NCBI GenBank assembly: GCA_023144005.1
Contig: JAGLGN010000032.1
Location: forward strand, 5,606 to 69,605
From: a bacterium
GTDB taxonomy: Bacteria > AUK180
Direction of reading: 5' to 3'
Length of the DNA stretch: 64,000 bases
Part shown: in pieces, positions 1 through 9,650 of the stretch
Numbering within the stretch: the stretch's first letter is position 1
Layout of the letters: every line of letters begins with the position of its first letter
The notes under the pieces: model-generated
Databases searched by the model: none
The model's input: the letters and a program-made list of their open reading frames with translations, nothing else
What the model was told of the DNA's origin: nothing
Made by a program: the position numbers and the translations under genes

Positions 1-566
1 CGGCACTTAGGACAGAGCACTACAAACATATCATCTCTTTTGTCAAAAGTAATGCTTCTGCTCGCATCATCGACTATGCCTAATTTCTTCAATTTCTCAT
101 TAAGCAGGCCAAGGTTCGCCGGCTGTTTTTCACCGAGTGAGTCAAGCATCCACAAGATATGATCGCGGGTAGACAGTATCTCTCCACACTCCTCACAAAC
201 AACAAGTTCAAATTCCTTCGCTGTGTGAAGATCATCCCTTGAAAATACCGCGAGTTCAAATTCCGGCACCATCTTGACGCCATCCTTTGTTGTGCATACC
301 CTTTCACATTCGCCGCACATGATACAATGATCTAAATGCCATATGACCTGTCTCTTTTTGCCTTCCGCGTCATTTATTTCTTCGATCGCCTCAGAAGGAC
401 ACCAATTTACACAGCCGCCGCAGCCGATACAACTGTCCTGCGGTTCTGGCTTCCCTTTAAAGCGGGGATGTATCGTAGCGGGCTTAAACGGGTATCTCGT
501 TGTTGCGGGACGGCTGAAAAGGGACTTAACAGCTTCTCTCAACTCTCTTAGTTTTGGCAGCCACAT
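1..566 (-). CDS. 4Fe-4S ferredoxin-like subunit (NuoI/HycF/MbhN-like), 3' partial at the window edge; not in the supplied ORF track because no stop falls inside the window
   Basis: Manual translation of the minus strand from ATG at 566-564, 1 nt after the mrpG stop, is open to position 1. It gives MWLPKLRELREAVKSLFSRPATTRYPFKP...CIGCGGCVNWCP...CIMCGECERVCT, i.e. two CxxCxxCxxxCP [4Fe-4S] motifs and a TxxYP motif typical of NuoI-type subunits. AAGGAG RBS lies 9 nt upstream. Confidence 0.75.
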   Translation of the reverse strand, partial: MWLPKLRELREAVKSLFSRPATTRYPFKPATIHPRFKGKPEPQDSCIGCGGCVNWCPSEAIEEINDAEGKKRQVIWHLDHCIMCGECERVCTTKDGVKMVPEFELAVFSRDDLHTAKEFELVVCEECGEILSTRDHILWMLDSLGEKQPANLGLLNEKLKKLGIVDDASRSITFDKRDDMFVVLCPKC

Positions 567-567
567 A

Positions 568-900
568 CTATTTACTCTCCTTATCCTTGTACTTGTCGCA
601 AACACTTTTCTTCCAGAGCTTCACTCCGGATTTGTATGCTCCCCGCGCAAGCGCGTGGGCGCCTGTCGGCGAGGTTACAAGAATAAATACCATACATATC
701 AGCGCCTTGACACCAAGCGGGTTGAACCCTACTATGACGACAACGCCGATTAAAACAAAGCAGATCCCCAGGGTAACGCACTTTGTCGCTGCCTGCAGAC
801 GGCAATAAACATCAGGCATACGCAGTAGGCCGATACAGCCGAAGAGATTGAAGAGAACTCCAATACCGATTATTATGTATCCTATTATATTATTCATCAA
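568..900 (-). CDS. mrpG: Mrp/Mnh antiporter subunit G (MbhC-like)
   Basis: 110 aa, 3 TM. MMNNIIGYIIIGIGVLFNLFGCIGLLRMPDVYCRLQAATK matches the MnhG N-terminal signature. Confidence 0.85.
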   Translation of the reverse strand: MMNNIIGYIIIGIGVLFNLFGCIGLLRMPDVYCRLQAATKCVTLGICFVLIGVVVIVGFNPLGVKALICMVFILVTSPTGAHALARGAYKSGVKLWKKSVCDKYKDKESK

Positions 901-1153
901 AACTCTTCCCCTCCAGATGCTTCGCCAGAGCGATAGTGCCCAAAAAGGAGATCAGGGCCCACGCGATGGCGATATTCATATAAAAGTCCTTCCCTGTTTC
1001 AACGGCGATCAAGGCGGTAAATCCCACCACGACTATCCCGAGAATATCAATAGCGACAACCCTGTCAGGAACAGTCGGGCCTCTCGCTATACGATAAAGG
1101 CAAAGAAAGCAGCATATCAGCAACACTACAAAGAATAGCAATTCGATGATCAT
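890..1153 (-). CDS. mrpF: Mrp/Mnh antiporter subunit F
   Basis: 87 aa. The ARGPTVPDRVVAIDILG motif is typical of MnhF. Overlaps mrpG by 11 nt. Confidence 0.85.
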   Translation of the reverse strand: MIIELLFFVVLLICCFLCLYRIARGPTVPDRVVAIDILGIVVVGFTALIAVETGKDFYMNIAIAWALISFLGTIALAKHLEGKSFDE

Positions 1154-1635
1154 CCGAACACCTTCATTAAATACTTCTCAAATTTTTCAACAATCTCTTT
1201 GCTTGCAAGATCCACATCATCTGATTTCACATTCAACCAGTGTATATAGATATATTCCCCTTCGATATCCACCGAGAGTGTTCCCGGGGTCAGGGTTATC
1301 GAATTACAGAGAACTGACCTCCCAGACCGTGATTTCAATTTCGTCTTCACCTTCACAATGCCGGGATGTATCGGAAGATCGGGATGCAGGACACGGTACA
1401 TGACGTCCAGATTTGCCAGTATCAAATAATATGTGAATACCGGAATATAGACCAGGAACCAGAACAAGCGGTCTATATGCCATAGCCGTTTGTAGTTCTC
1501 AACAAATTCCTTTCCGAAGAGCAGCGCTACTATCAAAGCAACAAAAAACCCAAGTATCAATGTCTGCAGATCAAGAGGCAGCACCAGAAGGATCCAGATA
1601 ATATACGAAATAAAAAAGAGTGTAAACCTTTTCAT
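1150..1635 (-). CDS. mrpE: Mrp/Mnh antiporter subunit E
   Basis: 161 aa. N-terminal TM region and an SITLTPGTLSVD motif characteristic of MnhE. Confidence 0.8.
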   Translation of the reverse strand: MKRFTLFFISYIIWILLVLPLDLQTLILGFFVALIVALLFGKEFVENYKRLWHIDRLFWFLVYIPVFTYYLILANLDVMYRVLHPDLPIHPGIVKVKTKLKSRSGRSVLCNSITLTPGTLSVDIEGEYIYIHWLNVKSDDVDLASKEIVEKFEKYLMKVFG

Positions 1636-3107
1636 TTTATCACCAGCGCCTTATATGTATCGGCATTTAAAATCACTTCAACGGCTGGAGTCAATACCGC
1701 ATCTCGTAATTGAGGGATCAGCAGGAAAGAGGTGGCTAAACATAAGATCGCCAGGATTATCATACTGACAGACATGAAAAATGGTGATTCCTTGATACTC
1801 TTATAACTCTCCTTCAATGACCCGAAAAACGCATATCTTTGCATCTTCATGTAATAGGCAAGGGTAAAAATGCTTCCAGCGATCGCCCAGAACGCAAAGA
1901 TCGTATGCCCCGACTGAATACATGCGATAATTATCAGAAGTTTTGAGAAAAACCCGTTGAAAGGAGGCATTCCCGATATACTGAGCGAGGCGATCAGAGA
2001 CGTTCCTCCGGTTATCGGCATTACTTTGTTCAGCCCACCCATTTCATCAAGATTTCTGGTGCCAAGCCTGTGATAGACCGAACCCGAATTCATAAAGAGC
2101 AGGGATTTAAAGACCGAATGGTTCACCAAGTGGAACAAAGCCGCAAGAATACCGAGTTTCGTTCCCAAGCCGATACCGAGAATAATGTACCCGATCTGGG
2201 ATATTGAACTATAAGCGAGCAGCCTTTTCATATCCATCTGTCCAAGAGCCAGTAACCCTCCCACCATAATGGAGATTAGCCCCATGTAAGCGAGCATATT
2301 TCCCCCGTTGAATCCGAAAATATTGTACATCACACGGATCATCGCATATAGTCCAAGCGTTTTGATCACGACGCCGCTGAGCATTGCGGATATCGGTGCA
2401 GGGGCAGCCGGATGGGCATCCGGTAGCCAGGCATGGAACGGTATGATCGCCGCCTTTACCGAAAATGCGGCAATAAATAGAAAGAGCGTGAACTTCAAGA
2501 GAATATTGAATTCCGAATTTGCGATCGCTTCACTGATATAGGCCATATTCAATACACCGAACTGTGAATATAAAAGGGCTATCGCAAGAAGTATGAAAGT
2601 GGACGCGATCCCGCCCATGACCATATACTTGAACGATGCTTCCAGCTCGTCAGCTTCCGTTCCGAAACCGACCAGAGCATATGACGCTATTGACGCGATC
2701 TCAATAAAAACGAAGAGGTTGAAAAAGTCTCCAGATAGAAGCACTCCGTTCATTCCCGCAAGCATCAGCAGAAAGAGCGCGTAATAATAATTATTAGCGG
2801 TGTAACGCCTCATATAATTAATCGAGAACAATGTAGCTGTAAAAGCTATCAGGTTCACTATGGACAGCATCAATCCGCTGAGACCGTCAAGAACCAGATT
2901 TATTCCCAGTGGAGGAACCCATTTTCCGATCACATACATTCCCGATTTATTAAACATGAATATCGTCATAATAAAAAGTGCCAATGTGATCACATTTGCA
3001 AGGATCTCGCTGATGACACGAACCTTATTCCTGGTCAGCACATTTAAGAACACGACCAGAAACGCGCCGGCAAGCGGTATTAATACAAAATACGGTAGAG
3101 TATTCAT
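1632..3107 (-). CDS. mrpD: Mrp antiporter subunit D / NuoN-NuoM-like proton-pumping subunit (MbhH-like)
   Basis: 491 aa polytopic membrane protein with the conserved NuoLMN-family core (WLPDAHPAAPAPISAML...). Confidence 0.85.
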   Translation of the reverse strand: MNTLPYFVLIPLAGAFLVVFLNVLTRNKVRVISEILANVITLALFIMTIFMFNKSGMYVIGKWVPPLGINLVLDGLSGLMLSIVNLIAFTATLFSINYMRRYTANNYYYALFLLMLAGMNGVLLSGDFFNLFVFIEIASIASYALVGFGTEADELEASFKYMVMGGIASTFILLAIALLYSQFGVLNMAYISEAIANSEFNILLKFTLFLFIAAFSVKAAIIPFHAWLPDAHPAAPAPISAMLSGVVIKTLGLYAMIRVMYNIFGFNGGNMLAYMGLISIMVGGLLALGQMDMKRLLAYSSISQIGYIILGIGLGTKLGILAALFHLVNHSVFKSLLFMNSGSVYHRLGTRNLDEMGGLNKVMPITGGTSLIASLSISGMPPFNGFFSKLLIIIACIQSGHTIFAFWAIAGSIFTLAYYMKMQRYAFFGSLKESYKSIKESPFFMSVSMIILAILCLATSFLLIPQLRDAVLTPAVEVILNADTYKALVIK

Positions 3108-3451
3108 CCCTTCAACCTTTTTATTTCCGTTATATCAAAGGTGCCGAACCTCTCATAGATCCTGATAGCTACTGCTACCATCAAAGCCGTCACAGCAAGG
3201 CCTATTACAATGGATGTCAGCACAAGCGCTTGAGGAAGCGGGTCCACACTGCTGGCAAGAAACTCATCTAATCGCATCGACTTTGTCATTATCGGAGCGA
3301 TGCCATTGTTCTTATAACCGAGAAGGATCAAGAACAAATTGACTGCATTCTCCATAATAATGAACCCGAGCACGATCTTTATAAGGTTCTTTTTGCAGAA
3401 GATCCCGTACAATCCAATAAAAAACAATATTAAGCAGAGAATATAAATCAT
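3104..3451 (-). CDS. mrpC: Mrp antiporter subunit C (NuoK-like)
   Basis: 115 aa, 3 TM. MIYILCLILFFIGLYGIF...ENAVNLFLILLGY is the NuoK/MnhC pattern. Confidence 0.85.
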   Translation of the reverse strand: MIYILCLILFFIGLYGIFCKKNLIKIVLGFIIMENAVNLFLILLGYKNNGIAPIMTKSMRLDEFLASSVDPLPQALVLTSIVIGLAVTALMVAVAIRIYERFGTFDITEIKRLKG

Positions 3452-3930
3452 TTGTCTTTCTCCGTTTTTGATATGTCCTCATCAAGGATGACTTTATGAG
3501 TAGACAGGACATAGAAGACAAGGAACAATCCCGCCATCACCTTGAGTGCTATCGCGACATTAGATATTGGAATCGTTCCGCCGCTTAGAAATGTAAAGGG
3601 TGTGCCGCCAAATTTCTGATGAAGGAAATTCGCAAAGAACCCACCACCGTAATAGATACCCAGCCATGCTACCGCAATAAAGAGCAAAGCACCAAAGGAC
3701 TCTACCAAAGTGGTTCTCGTCCTTGGAAAGAGTTTATCCGTTCTCTCTTTTCCGAAAGAAAGCATGATGAGGATAAAGCTTGCTGCCATTATCACGCCTC
3801 CAGCAAATCCGCCGCCGGGAGTCAGATGTCCGAAAAGAACGATATAACATCCGAATAGAAAGATAAACCCTTCGATCCAACAGCAAACTGATTTAACTAT
3901 TTCACTTAATCCGCTTTTGTTATTAGTCAT
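3448..3930 (-). CDS. mrpB: Mrp antiporter subunit B (MnhB domain)
   Basis: 160 aa. HLTPGGGFAGGVIMAASFIL is the MnhB-domain signature. Confidence 0.75.
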   Translation of the reverse strand: MTNNKSGLSEIVKSVCCWIEGFIFLFGCYIVLFGHLTPGGGFAGGVIMAASFILIMLSFGKERTDKLFPRTRTTLVESFGALLFIAVAWLGIYYGGGFFANFLHQKFGGTPFTFLSGGTIPISNVAIALKVMAGLFLVFYVLSTHKVILDEDISKTEKDK

Positions 3931-4447
3931 TTTTCGCTTTTCTCCTCAGAAGAACCACAGCCCCAAGAATTGCCGTGAACAGAACGGTAGCTTCTCCCAG
4001 TGTATCGTATGCCCTGTAGTCAAGGATCACACTGGTTACAATATTGGCAGACCCGGTCTCCTTCAATCCGTTTGCCAGATAATGGGGCGCTACTTTGCTC
4101 AAATAATTGCCGAACTCAGGCAGAAGATCCATTGCCTTAGAAGCGAACATAAAGAGCAGAAGAAGGAGCACCATACATATGGCAAAGGGGAAGAATTGCC
4201 GGATATTTTTCACCAGATGAACATCCACGGCTATTGTCGCTCTGATCAATATCACAAGCGTCAGAATTTCAATGATAACCTGAATGATCGCAATATCCGG
4301 TGCCCTCAATAAAAGGAAAACAACGGACAGCATGAATCCTACCGCGCCAATCGAAACAACTGAAGACAAAAGATTTTTCGCTTCAAGTGCGATTAATGCG
4401 GCAAGCAACATAAAAAGAATCAAAATATAAATTATTACATGAACCAT
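3923..4447 (-). CDS. MnhB-related membrane subunit (MrpA C-terminal domain-like / DUF4040-type, MbhD/E-like)
   Basis: 174 aa, multi-TM. VTSVILDYRAYDTLGEATVLFTA is the MnhB/MrpA C-terminal domain motif. Confidence 0.6.
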   Translation of the reverse strand: MVHVIIYILILFMLLAALIALEAKNLLSSVVSIGAVGFMLSVVFLLLRAPDIAIIQVIIEILTLVILIRATIAVDVHLVKNIRQFFPFAICMVLLLLLFMFASKAMDLLPEFGNYLSKVAPHYLANGLKETGSANIVTSVILDYRAYDTLGEATVLFTAILGAVVLLRRKAKND

Positions 4448-6186
4448 ATTACCACCAGTATTATGACTCCGCCTGCAAGTATCCAGGACAGGTAGTTGGA
4501 CAATACACCATTATGCAAATATCTTAGCAATTTAATTATATAAAAAGCCATTGCTTTTAGAACTTCGTAAAGGTCAAAGATCTTCTTCGCCGCCAATCCG
4601 TAAATAAATTTGAAGGGTTGGCCATTCTCAATTCCTTCGTAGAAGTCCGCTCCTGAAATATGCATATCCGGCCTGAGCCCTTCTCCGCCGGCAAAGCCCT
4701 TTACACGGCGGATCTTGATCCTTGATATAAGGAAGATCAATGCTCCGAGGACGAGGCCTACTACGATCAGCAGCATTGCCATTTTCGGATGCCATAGGCC
4801 TGTTAGATCAAGATTTCCATACATTGGTTTGATAAAAAGATCAAAGGCGAATACACCCAGAACAATACAGGAAAGAGCCAGAATGATCTGAGGAAAGACA
4901 AGGGAGAATTTCTCCTTGAACTTTTTCTCTGTTCCTTTTGGATACTTCTTCGCGCCAAGGAATAGCGCATGCATCAGCTTCATAAATGAAGCCAGCGTCA
5001 AGGCGGAGCCGAAGAGGGCGGCGAGCAGACAAAGTATTGAAAGGAACGGATATTGTTCAGCGGTAGCGGCCAATACTCCCTGATAGATCAACCACTTTGA
5101 AAAGAACCCGTTCAATGGAGGAAGTCCGGAAATCGCAAAAGAGGCGATAAGCATACTCGTGAACGTGATCGGAAGGTATTTCGCCATGCCTCCCAATTTA
5201 TCCAGATGATCGGTTTTGCTGACCTTCTCAACCTGACCGGTACCGAGAAAGAGACAGGACTTATAGATCGAATTATTTATCATATGGAAGAGACCTCCGG
5301 CAATACCCAGAGGATTTCCAGTTCCGATACCTAGAACCATGTATCCTACCTGAGAGATCGCATGATAGGACAGAAGTTTTTTCGCCGTATGCTGTGTCAG
5401 AGCCATAAATACAGCGCATATGATCGTTATTGACCCGATAAGCATTACACTTATTTTCACGACCGGAGGAATGGTGACGATAGAGAATATCCTCGCCAGA
5501 AGATAAATACCAAGTAGTTTATCTAAAGAAGCGGGCATAAAAGCTGTCACCGGAGGTGGGGCTTTATCCGCGCATTCCGGTATCCACGTATGAAAAGGCA
5601 TATTTCCCGCTTTGGCAAATGCCGCAGCGGCAATACAGATAAATGCTATCATCGACCAAGTTGAAGAAAGGATGCCGAATGATCCCGTCAGCCGGAATAA
5701 TACAGCAACACCCAGTATCAGGAGAGAATCACTTCCTCCGAGTATGATCAGGGTTTTCTTCGCGGCAAGATTAGCGCCCGAGTTAAATTGCATCATCAGG
5801 TAAAGGGTAATTCCCGAAATACCCCAGAATATGATCAAGACGATCCAGTTCGCGCTCAATATTATGCCGTATGCTGAAGCCAATGTCAGGAAAAAGTAAG
5901 AAAAATACTTATTCAACTTCTTCTTAATGAAACCTGCGGAGTAAATGGAAAGTACCAATCCGAAGAATCCTATAAAGAAAAAGACAAGTTTGGTCAAATT
6001 ATCCCATAAGATCCAAGCTGTATATTTCTCGGGAATGTTCGGGTTGAAAAGCAGGTACACGCCGATCACGATATTAGCGAACGCTAATATCGGTGCAATA
6101 ACTCTCAACGGCTTTTTCCAGTCAGGAGTAATAAAAAGGACAAAGGCTACGATCAGATTAAAAATGATTGGCAGAAAGATATTCAT
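4435..6186 (-). CDS. mrpA: NuoL/MrpA-like antiporter-type membrane subunit
   Basis: 583 aa polytopic protein with the NuoL-family core (FHTWIPECADKAPPPVTAFMPASLDK, HAISQVGYMVLGIG). Confidence 0.8.
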   Translation of the reverse strand: MNIFLPIIFNLIVAFVLFITPDWKKPLRVIAPILAFANIVIGVYLLFNPNIPEKYTAWILWDNLTKLVFFFIGFFGLVLSIYSAGFIKKKLNKYFSYFFLTLASAYGIILSANWIVLIIFWGISGITLYLMMQFNSGANLAAKKTLIILGGSDSLLILGVAVLFRLTGSFGILSSTWSMIAFICIAAAAFAKAGNMPFHTWIPECADKAPPPVTAFMPASLDKLLGIYLLARIFSIVTIPPVVKISVMLIGSITIICAVFMALTQHTAKKLLSYHAISQVGYMVLGIGTGNPLGIAGGLFHMINNSIYKSCLFLGTGQVEKVSKTDHLDKLGGMAKYLPITFTSMLIASFAISGLPPLNGFFSKWLIYQGVLAATAEQYPFLSILCLLAALFGSALTLASFMKLMHALFLGAKKYPKGTEKKFKEKFSLVFPQIILALSCIVLGVFAFDLFIKPMYGNLDLTGLWHPKMAMLLIVVGLVLGALIFLISRIKIRRVKGFAGGEGLRPDMHISGADFYEGIENGQPFKFIYGLAAKKIFDLYEVLKAMAFYIIKLLRYLHNGVLSNYLSWILAGGVIILVVIWFM

Positions 6187-7868
6187 CTCAATTCCCCCCG
6201 TAATCTTTTTGTTTTTTCTTCGGACAATCTAAGCAGTTCTTCCCAATTGTATTTAACATTTCCGTTCTCGACCGCCTGCATTCTTTCGGTGCAGCAATAA
6301 CATGGGTCAACAGCGGCAAGTGTTATTGCGGCATCCGACACATCACCGCCGACAGCCGCCAATTCATTTGAAAGCACATTCATATAAGAAGGAGCCCTTA
6401 TCTTATGCCTTACAGGAGTATTTCCACCATCGCTTCTGACATAATGCCATACCTCTCCACGGGGAGCCTCATATCTTCCGATACCTTCTCCCGGCGGGAT
6501 CTCGCGGACTTCCTCCCAGATATTCCCTTCTTTCAAACCTTTAAGTTTATCGAGACATTGAGTTATTATCTTTACCGATTCATACATTTCAAGAACACGG
6601 CAGACCGTCTTGTCGAAAATATCTCCGTTCTGACATACGATCACATCCCATTCAACCAATTGATAAGCACCATTGAGGATATCTATTTTCCTGATGTCCT
6701 GATCCAATCCGCTTGGGCGGGCAGTGGGGCCTGTAACACAATAATTGATCGCCTCTTCCTTGCTCAATACTCCGATGTTCTTCGTACGGGCATGAATAAC
6801 AGGGTCATCAATTACGGCACCCTTGAAGAGGTCAAAGATCGGGACCAATGACGCCGTCTTCTCCTTCATCGCGTCGATCTCCGAATTGAAAATATCCTTT
6901 CTCACACCGCCGATACGCATCATCGCATAGTGATTTCGGTTTCCGGAGATCTGTTCACAAAGGTCAAGAACTGTCTCGCGGTATTTCCATGCCCACATCC
7001 AGACCGTATTATAGCCCAGGAAATGTCCGGCAAGGCCAAGCCAGAGAAGATGTGAATGTACCCTTTCTAGCTCTGCGATAACGGTTCTGACATATTTCGC
7101 CCTTAAAGGGATCTCCAAACCCAGAAGGTCCTCAACGGCGTTGACATACGCATAAGGGTGAGAACATGAACAGATGCCGCAGATCCTTTCGACCAGAAAT
7201 GTGACCTGATCCCAATGTTTTCCTTCTGCGATCTTTTCTATCCCTCGGTGATTGTATCCGAGATTGATATTGAGGTCAATTACCTTTTCACCCTGAACCA
7301 TAAGTTCGAAGAACTCCGGTTCTTCCTGAAGAGGATGATAAGGGCCGATGGGAATTATTTTTGTTTTCTTGCCGTTCTTTGTTAATTCTTCGATCTTAAT
7401 ATTCGGACGGCGGCAGGAATCTTCTCCCCGGGGCTCTTTTCTTCCGTATTCATAATCCTTTCTTAGAGGGTATACACCTTCCGGCCATGTCGGGTCAAGA
7501 AGTAGCCTGCTGGTATCAGCAGCGCCCGTGAATTCAATACCCAGAAGTTCTCGCATTTCCCTTTCGATCCATGTCGCGCCTTTGATAATATCAGCGATCG
7601 ACGGGATCTGCCCCTTGTCACGGTCTGTAAAAACACGAAGAGAATACACAACGCCCGTCTTATCATCTGAAAAATGATAGAGGACCTCCATATTTTTCAC
7701 ATTGTCCAATCCTGTGGCAATACAGAAACGCAACTCCAATTTCCGGAACAAAAGCTCCGCAGCGGACCTGAGATCCTTCTTATCGATCTCGATATAATGG
7801 CGCTTGGAGCTCTTCTCTTCCCATTTAATGATCTTGCCTTTTAATATGTCTTTTACTTTATTAACCAT
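6183..7868 (-). CDS. Group 4 [NiFe]-hydrogenase large subunit, fused NuoC-like N-terminus plus NuoD-like catalytic domain (HycE/HyfG-like)
   Basis: 561 aa. NuoC-like N-terminal roughly 150 aa. L1 motif RICGICSCSH and C-terminal L2 motif DPCYCCTER supply the four Ni-Fe ligand cysteines, so this is a true hydrogenase and not complex I. Confidence 0.9.
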   Translation of the reverse strand: MVNKVKDILKGKIIKWEEKSSKRHYIEIDKKDLRSAAELLFRKLELRFCIATGLDNVKNMEVLYHFSDDKTGVVYSLRVFTDRDKGQIPSIADIIKGATWIEREMRELLGIEFTGAADTSRLLLDPTWPEGVYPLRKDYEYGRKEPRGEDSCRRPNIKIEELTKNGKKTKIIPIGPYHPLQEEPEFFELMVQGEKVIDLNINLGYNHRGIEKIAEGKHWDQVTFLVERICGICSCSHPYAYVNAVEDLLGLEIPLRAKYVRTVIAELERVHSHLLWLGLAGHFLGYNTVWMWAWKYRETVLDLCEQISGNRNHYAMMRIGGVRKDIFNSEIDAMKEKTASLVPIFDLFKGAVIDDPVIHARTKNIGVLSKEEAINYCVTGPTARPSGLDQDIRKIDILNGAYQLVEWDVIVCQNGDIFDKTVCRVLEMYESVKIITQCLDKLKGLKEGNIWEEVREIPPGEGIGRYEAPRGEVWHYVRSDGGNTPVRHKIRAPSYMNVLSNELAAVGGDVSDAAITLAAVDPCYCCTERMQAVENGNVKYNWEELLRLSEEKTKRLRGELR

Positions 7869-7870
7869 AA

Positions 7871-8293
7871 TTATATCTCTCCACGCAATTTCTTAACAAC
7901 CTTGACAACACCGTCAATTATTGCCTCGGGACGAGGGGGGCACCCGGGGATATACGCGGTTACCGGAATTATCTCATCTACAGGGATCACTCTATTGTAA
8001 GAAACCTTGAACATTCCCATTGAAGATGCGCAGCTTCCGAAGGCGATCACCGCGAGAGGTTTTGGCGCCTGATCATAAAGGTCTTTCAAAAATTCGGCAC
8101 CCTTTCTGTTCATCATTCCCGAAACAAGCATCGCGTCGGCATGTTTTATTGAACCGACCAGTTTAACTCCGAAGCGCTCCACATCAAATCTGGGCGTAAG
8201 GACATCAAGTATCTCTATGTCGCAATTATTACACGCCGCAGAAGCAAAATGAAAAACCCAGATCGATTTTGACAATATCTTTAATTTGTTCAT
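7871..8293 (-). CDS. [NiFe]-hydrogenase small subunit (NuoB-like, HycG/EchC/MbhJ-type)
   Basis: Start moved to the internal ATG at 8293 (MNKLKIL...), which gives an ATGA overlap with the upstream gene stop. Cys ligands (CNNCD, GSCA, GCPPRPE) for the proximal [4Fe-4S] cluster are present. Confidence 0.85.
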   Translation of the reverse strand: MNKLKILSKSIWVFHFASAACNNCDIEILDVLTPRFDVERFGVKLVGSIKHADAMLVSGMMNRKGAEFLKDLYDQAPKPLAVIAFGSCASSMGMFKVSYNRVIPVDEIIPVTAYIPGCPPRPEAIIDGVVKVVKKLRGEI

Positions 8294-9177
8294 AGACCCA
8301 CCACCGCTAATATCAAAGCTACCAGACTCAAAGGAAACAAGATAAACCAGAAGAGTTTCAGGCATTGCTTTACCTTTAACCTGGGATTCGTATTTTCCAC
8401 TAAGATCACAATCACCAGAAGGGCTACGTATTTAAAAACATTAACACCGCCCCAAAATATCGAAGAAATGAAAAACGGCAAAGTGGCAAGCAGGATATAC
8501 TGCCCCATTTTGAAAAATCCCAGAAGCGGGCCGGAATATTCTATATATGCCCCGGCCATGATCTCGGTCTCCGCTTCAGCTATATCAAATGGAACCCTTC
8601 CCAGTTTTGCCTGCATGACAAAGAGTGCGAGAACAGAGGCGATACCTCCCGAGTAAGAATACATCACCGGAGGTTTATTCATGATATTCACCAGGCTCAA
8701 TTCGCCACCGGTCTTGACCCAGATAACGGCGATCGTCATCCAGAACACCAGTTCATATGAAAGGACCAGCTTTATCTCCCTTGAGGCGCCCAAAGAAGCC
8801 AGCGGATTAGCGCTGGCGGCACCTGCGAGGATCAGACATATCGGCGGGATCGTCAGCAGGTAGACAATGACTATCAAGTCGCCCTGAAAAGCTGCATCCG
8901 GAAAGAAAAATGCCATTCCCGCATACATTGCGACCAGAGTGGCACTGACCATGAAGAGGACCGGAGTTGCCAAAAAGGTTAAGAGGTGAGCATTTTCTGG
9001 AACTACACTTTCCTTTGTAAATAATTTCAGAAGATCGTACCAAGGCTGCAGTATAGGAGGGCCTACACGCCATTGGACTCTGGCGGTAACCTTCCTCTCA
9101 ATATATGAAGCGACCATTCCTACGATCAAAGCAAAAAGGAACCCGGGGAAAACAAGGAAATAGAAGATAGTTTTCAT
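8290..9177 (-). CDS. NuoH-like membrane subunit (HycD/EchB/MbhM-type)
   Basis: 295 aa, 8 TM. VASYIERKVTARVQWRVGPP is the NuoH/formate hydrogenlyase subunit 4 signature. Confidence 0.85.
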   Translation of the reverse strand: MKTIFYFLVFPGFLFALIVGMVASYIERKVTARVQWRVGPPILQPWYDLLKLFTKESVVPENAHLLTFLATPVLFMVSATLVAMYAGMAFFFPDAAFQGDLIVIVYLLTIPPICLILAGAASANPLASLGASREIKLVLSYELVFWMTIAVIWVKTGGELSLVNIMNKPPVMYSYSGGIASVLALFVMQAKLGRVPFDIAEAETEIMAGAYIEYSGPLLGFFKMGQYILLATLPFFISSIFWGGVNVFKYVALLVIVILVENTNPRLKVKQCLKLFWFILFPLSLVALILAVVGL

Positions 9178-9650
9178 TCTGTCAACCCCAATTGCTTTTT
9201 CCAGTGAACCCCTTTCACAAAAAGGCCTTCTTTTATCATGTAAATATTCTCCTCGATATTTTCTTTGAAATCACCGATAGTGATCGCACCTTCGGGGCAT
9301 GATGTTACGCAAATAGGATCCCTTTCAGGGCAGAGATCACATGTGGATGTCTTGAATTCAACCGTCTCAAGCGTATTCACTCCGAACGGGCAGGCTAAAA
9401 GGCATGTTTTACAGGAAGTGCATAGGAAACTTGACCGGTGAAGATCATCATCCTTTTTCAAAGCGTCCGTAGGGCAACTGATAACACAGGGAGAATCTTC
9501 ACAATGGCGGCAATAGACCTTCCGTATCGCCTCTTCGAGTATTGATTTGAAACCCGTTTTCTGATCATGAAGAGGATAATTGCAATCCGCTACGCAATTA
9601 TTACAACTGTAACATTTTTCAAGATCAATTAATATCATTTTCATTCCCAA
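9174..9650 (-). CDS. Polyferredoxin with four [4Fe-4S] motifs (HycB/HyfA-like electron-transfer subunit)
   Basis: 158 aa with four Cys clusters: CYSCNNCVADC, CRHCEDSPCVISCP, CTSCKTCLLACP, CDLCPERDPICVTSCP. Confidence 0.8.
   Translation of the reverse strand: MGMKMILIDLEKCYSCNNCVADCNYPLHDQKTGFKSILEEAIRKVYCRHCEDSPCVISCPTDALKKDDDLHRSSFLCTSCKTCLLACPFGVNTLETVEFKTSTCDLCPERDPICVTSCPEGAITIGDFKENIEENIYMIKEGLFVKGVHWKKQLGLTE

Noticed and set aside
89-307. 72-aa GTG-start ORF on the minus strand listed in the track
   Set aside because: It lies out of frame inside the better-supported NuoI-like ferredoxin CDS (1-566), has no RBS, and its product is low-complexity. It is treated as a shadow ORF.
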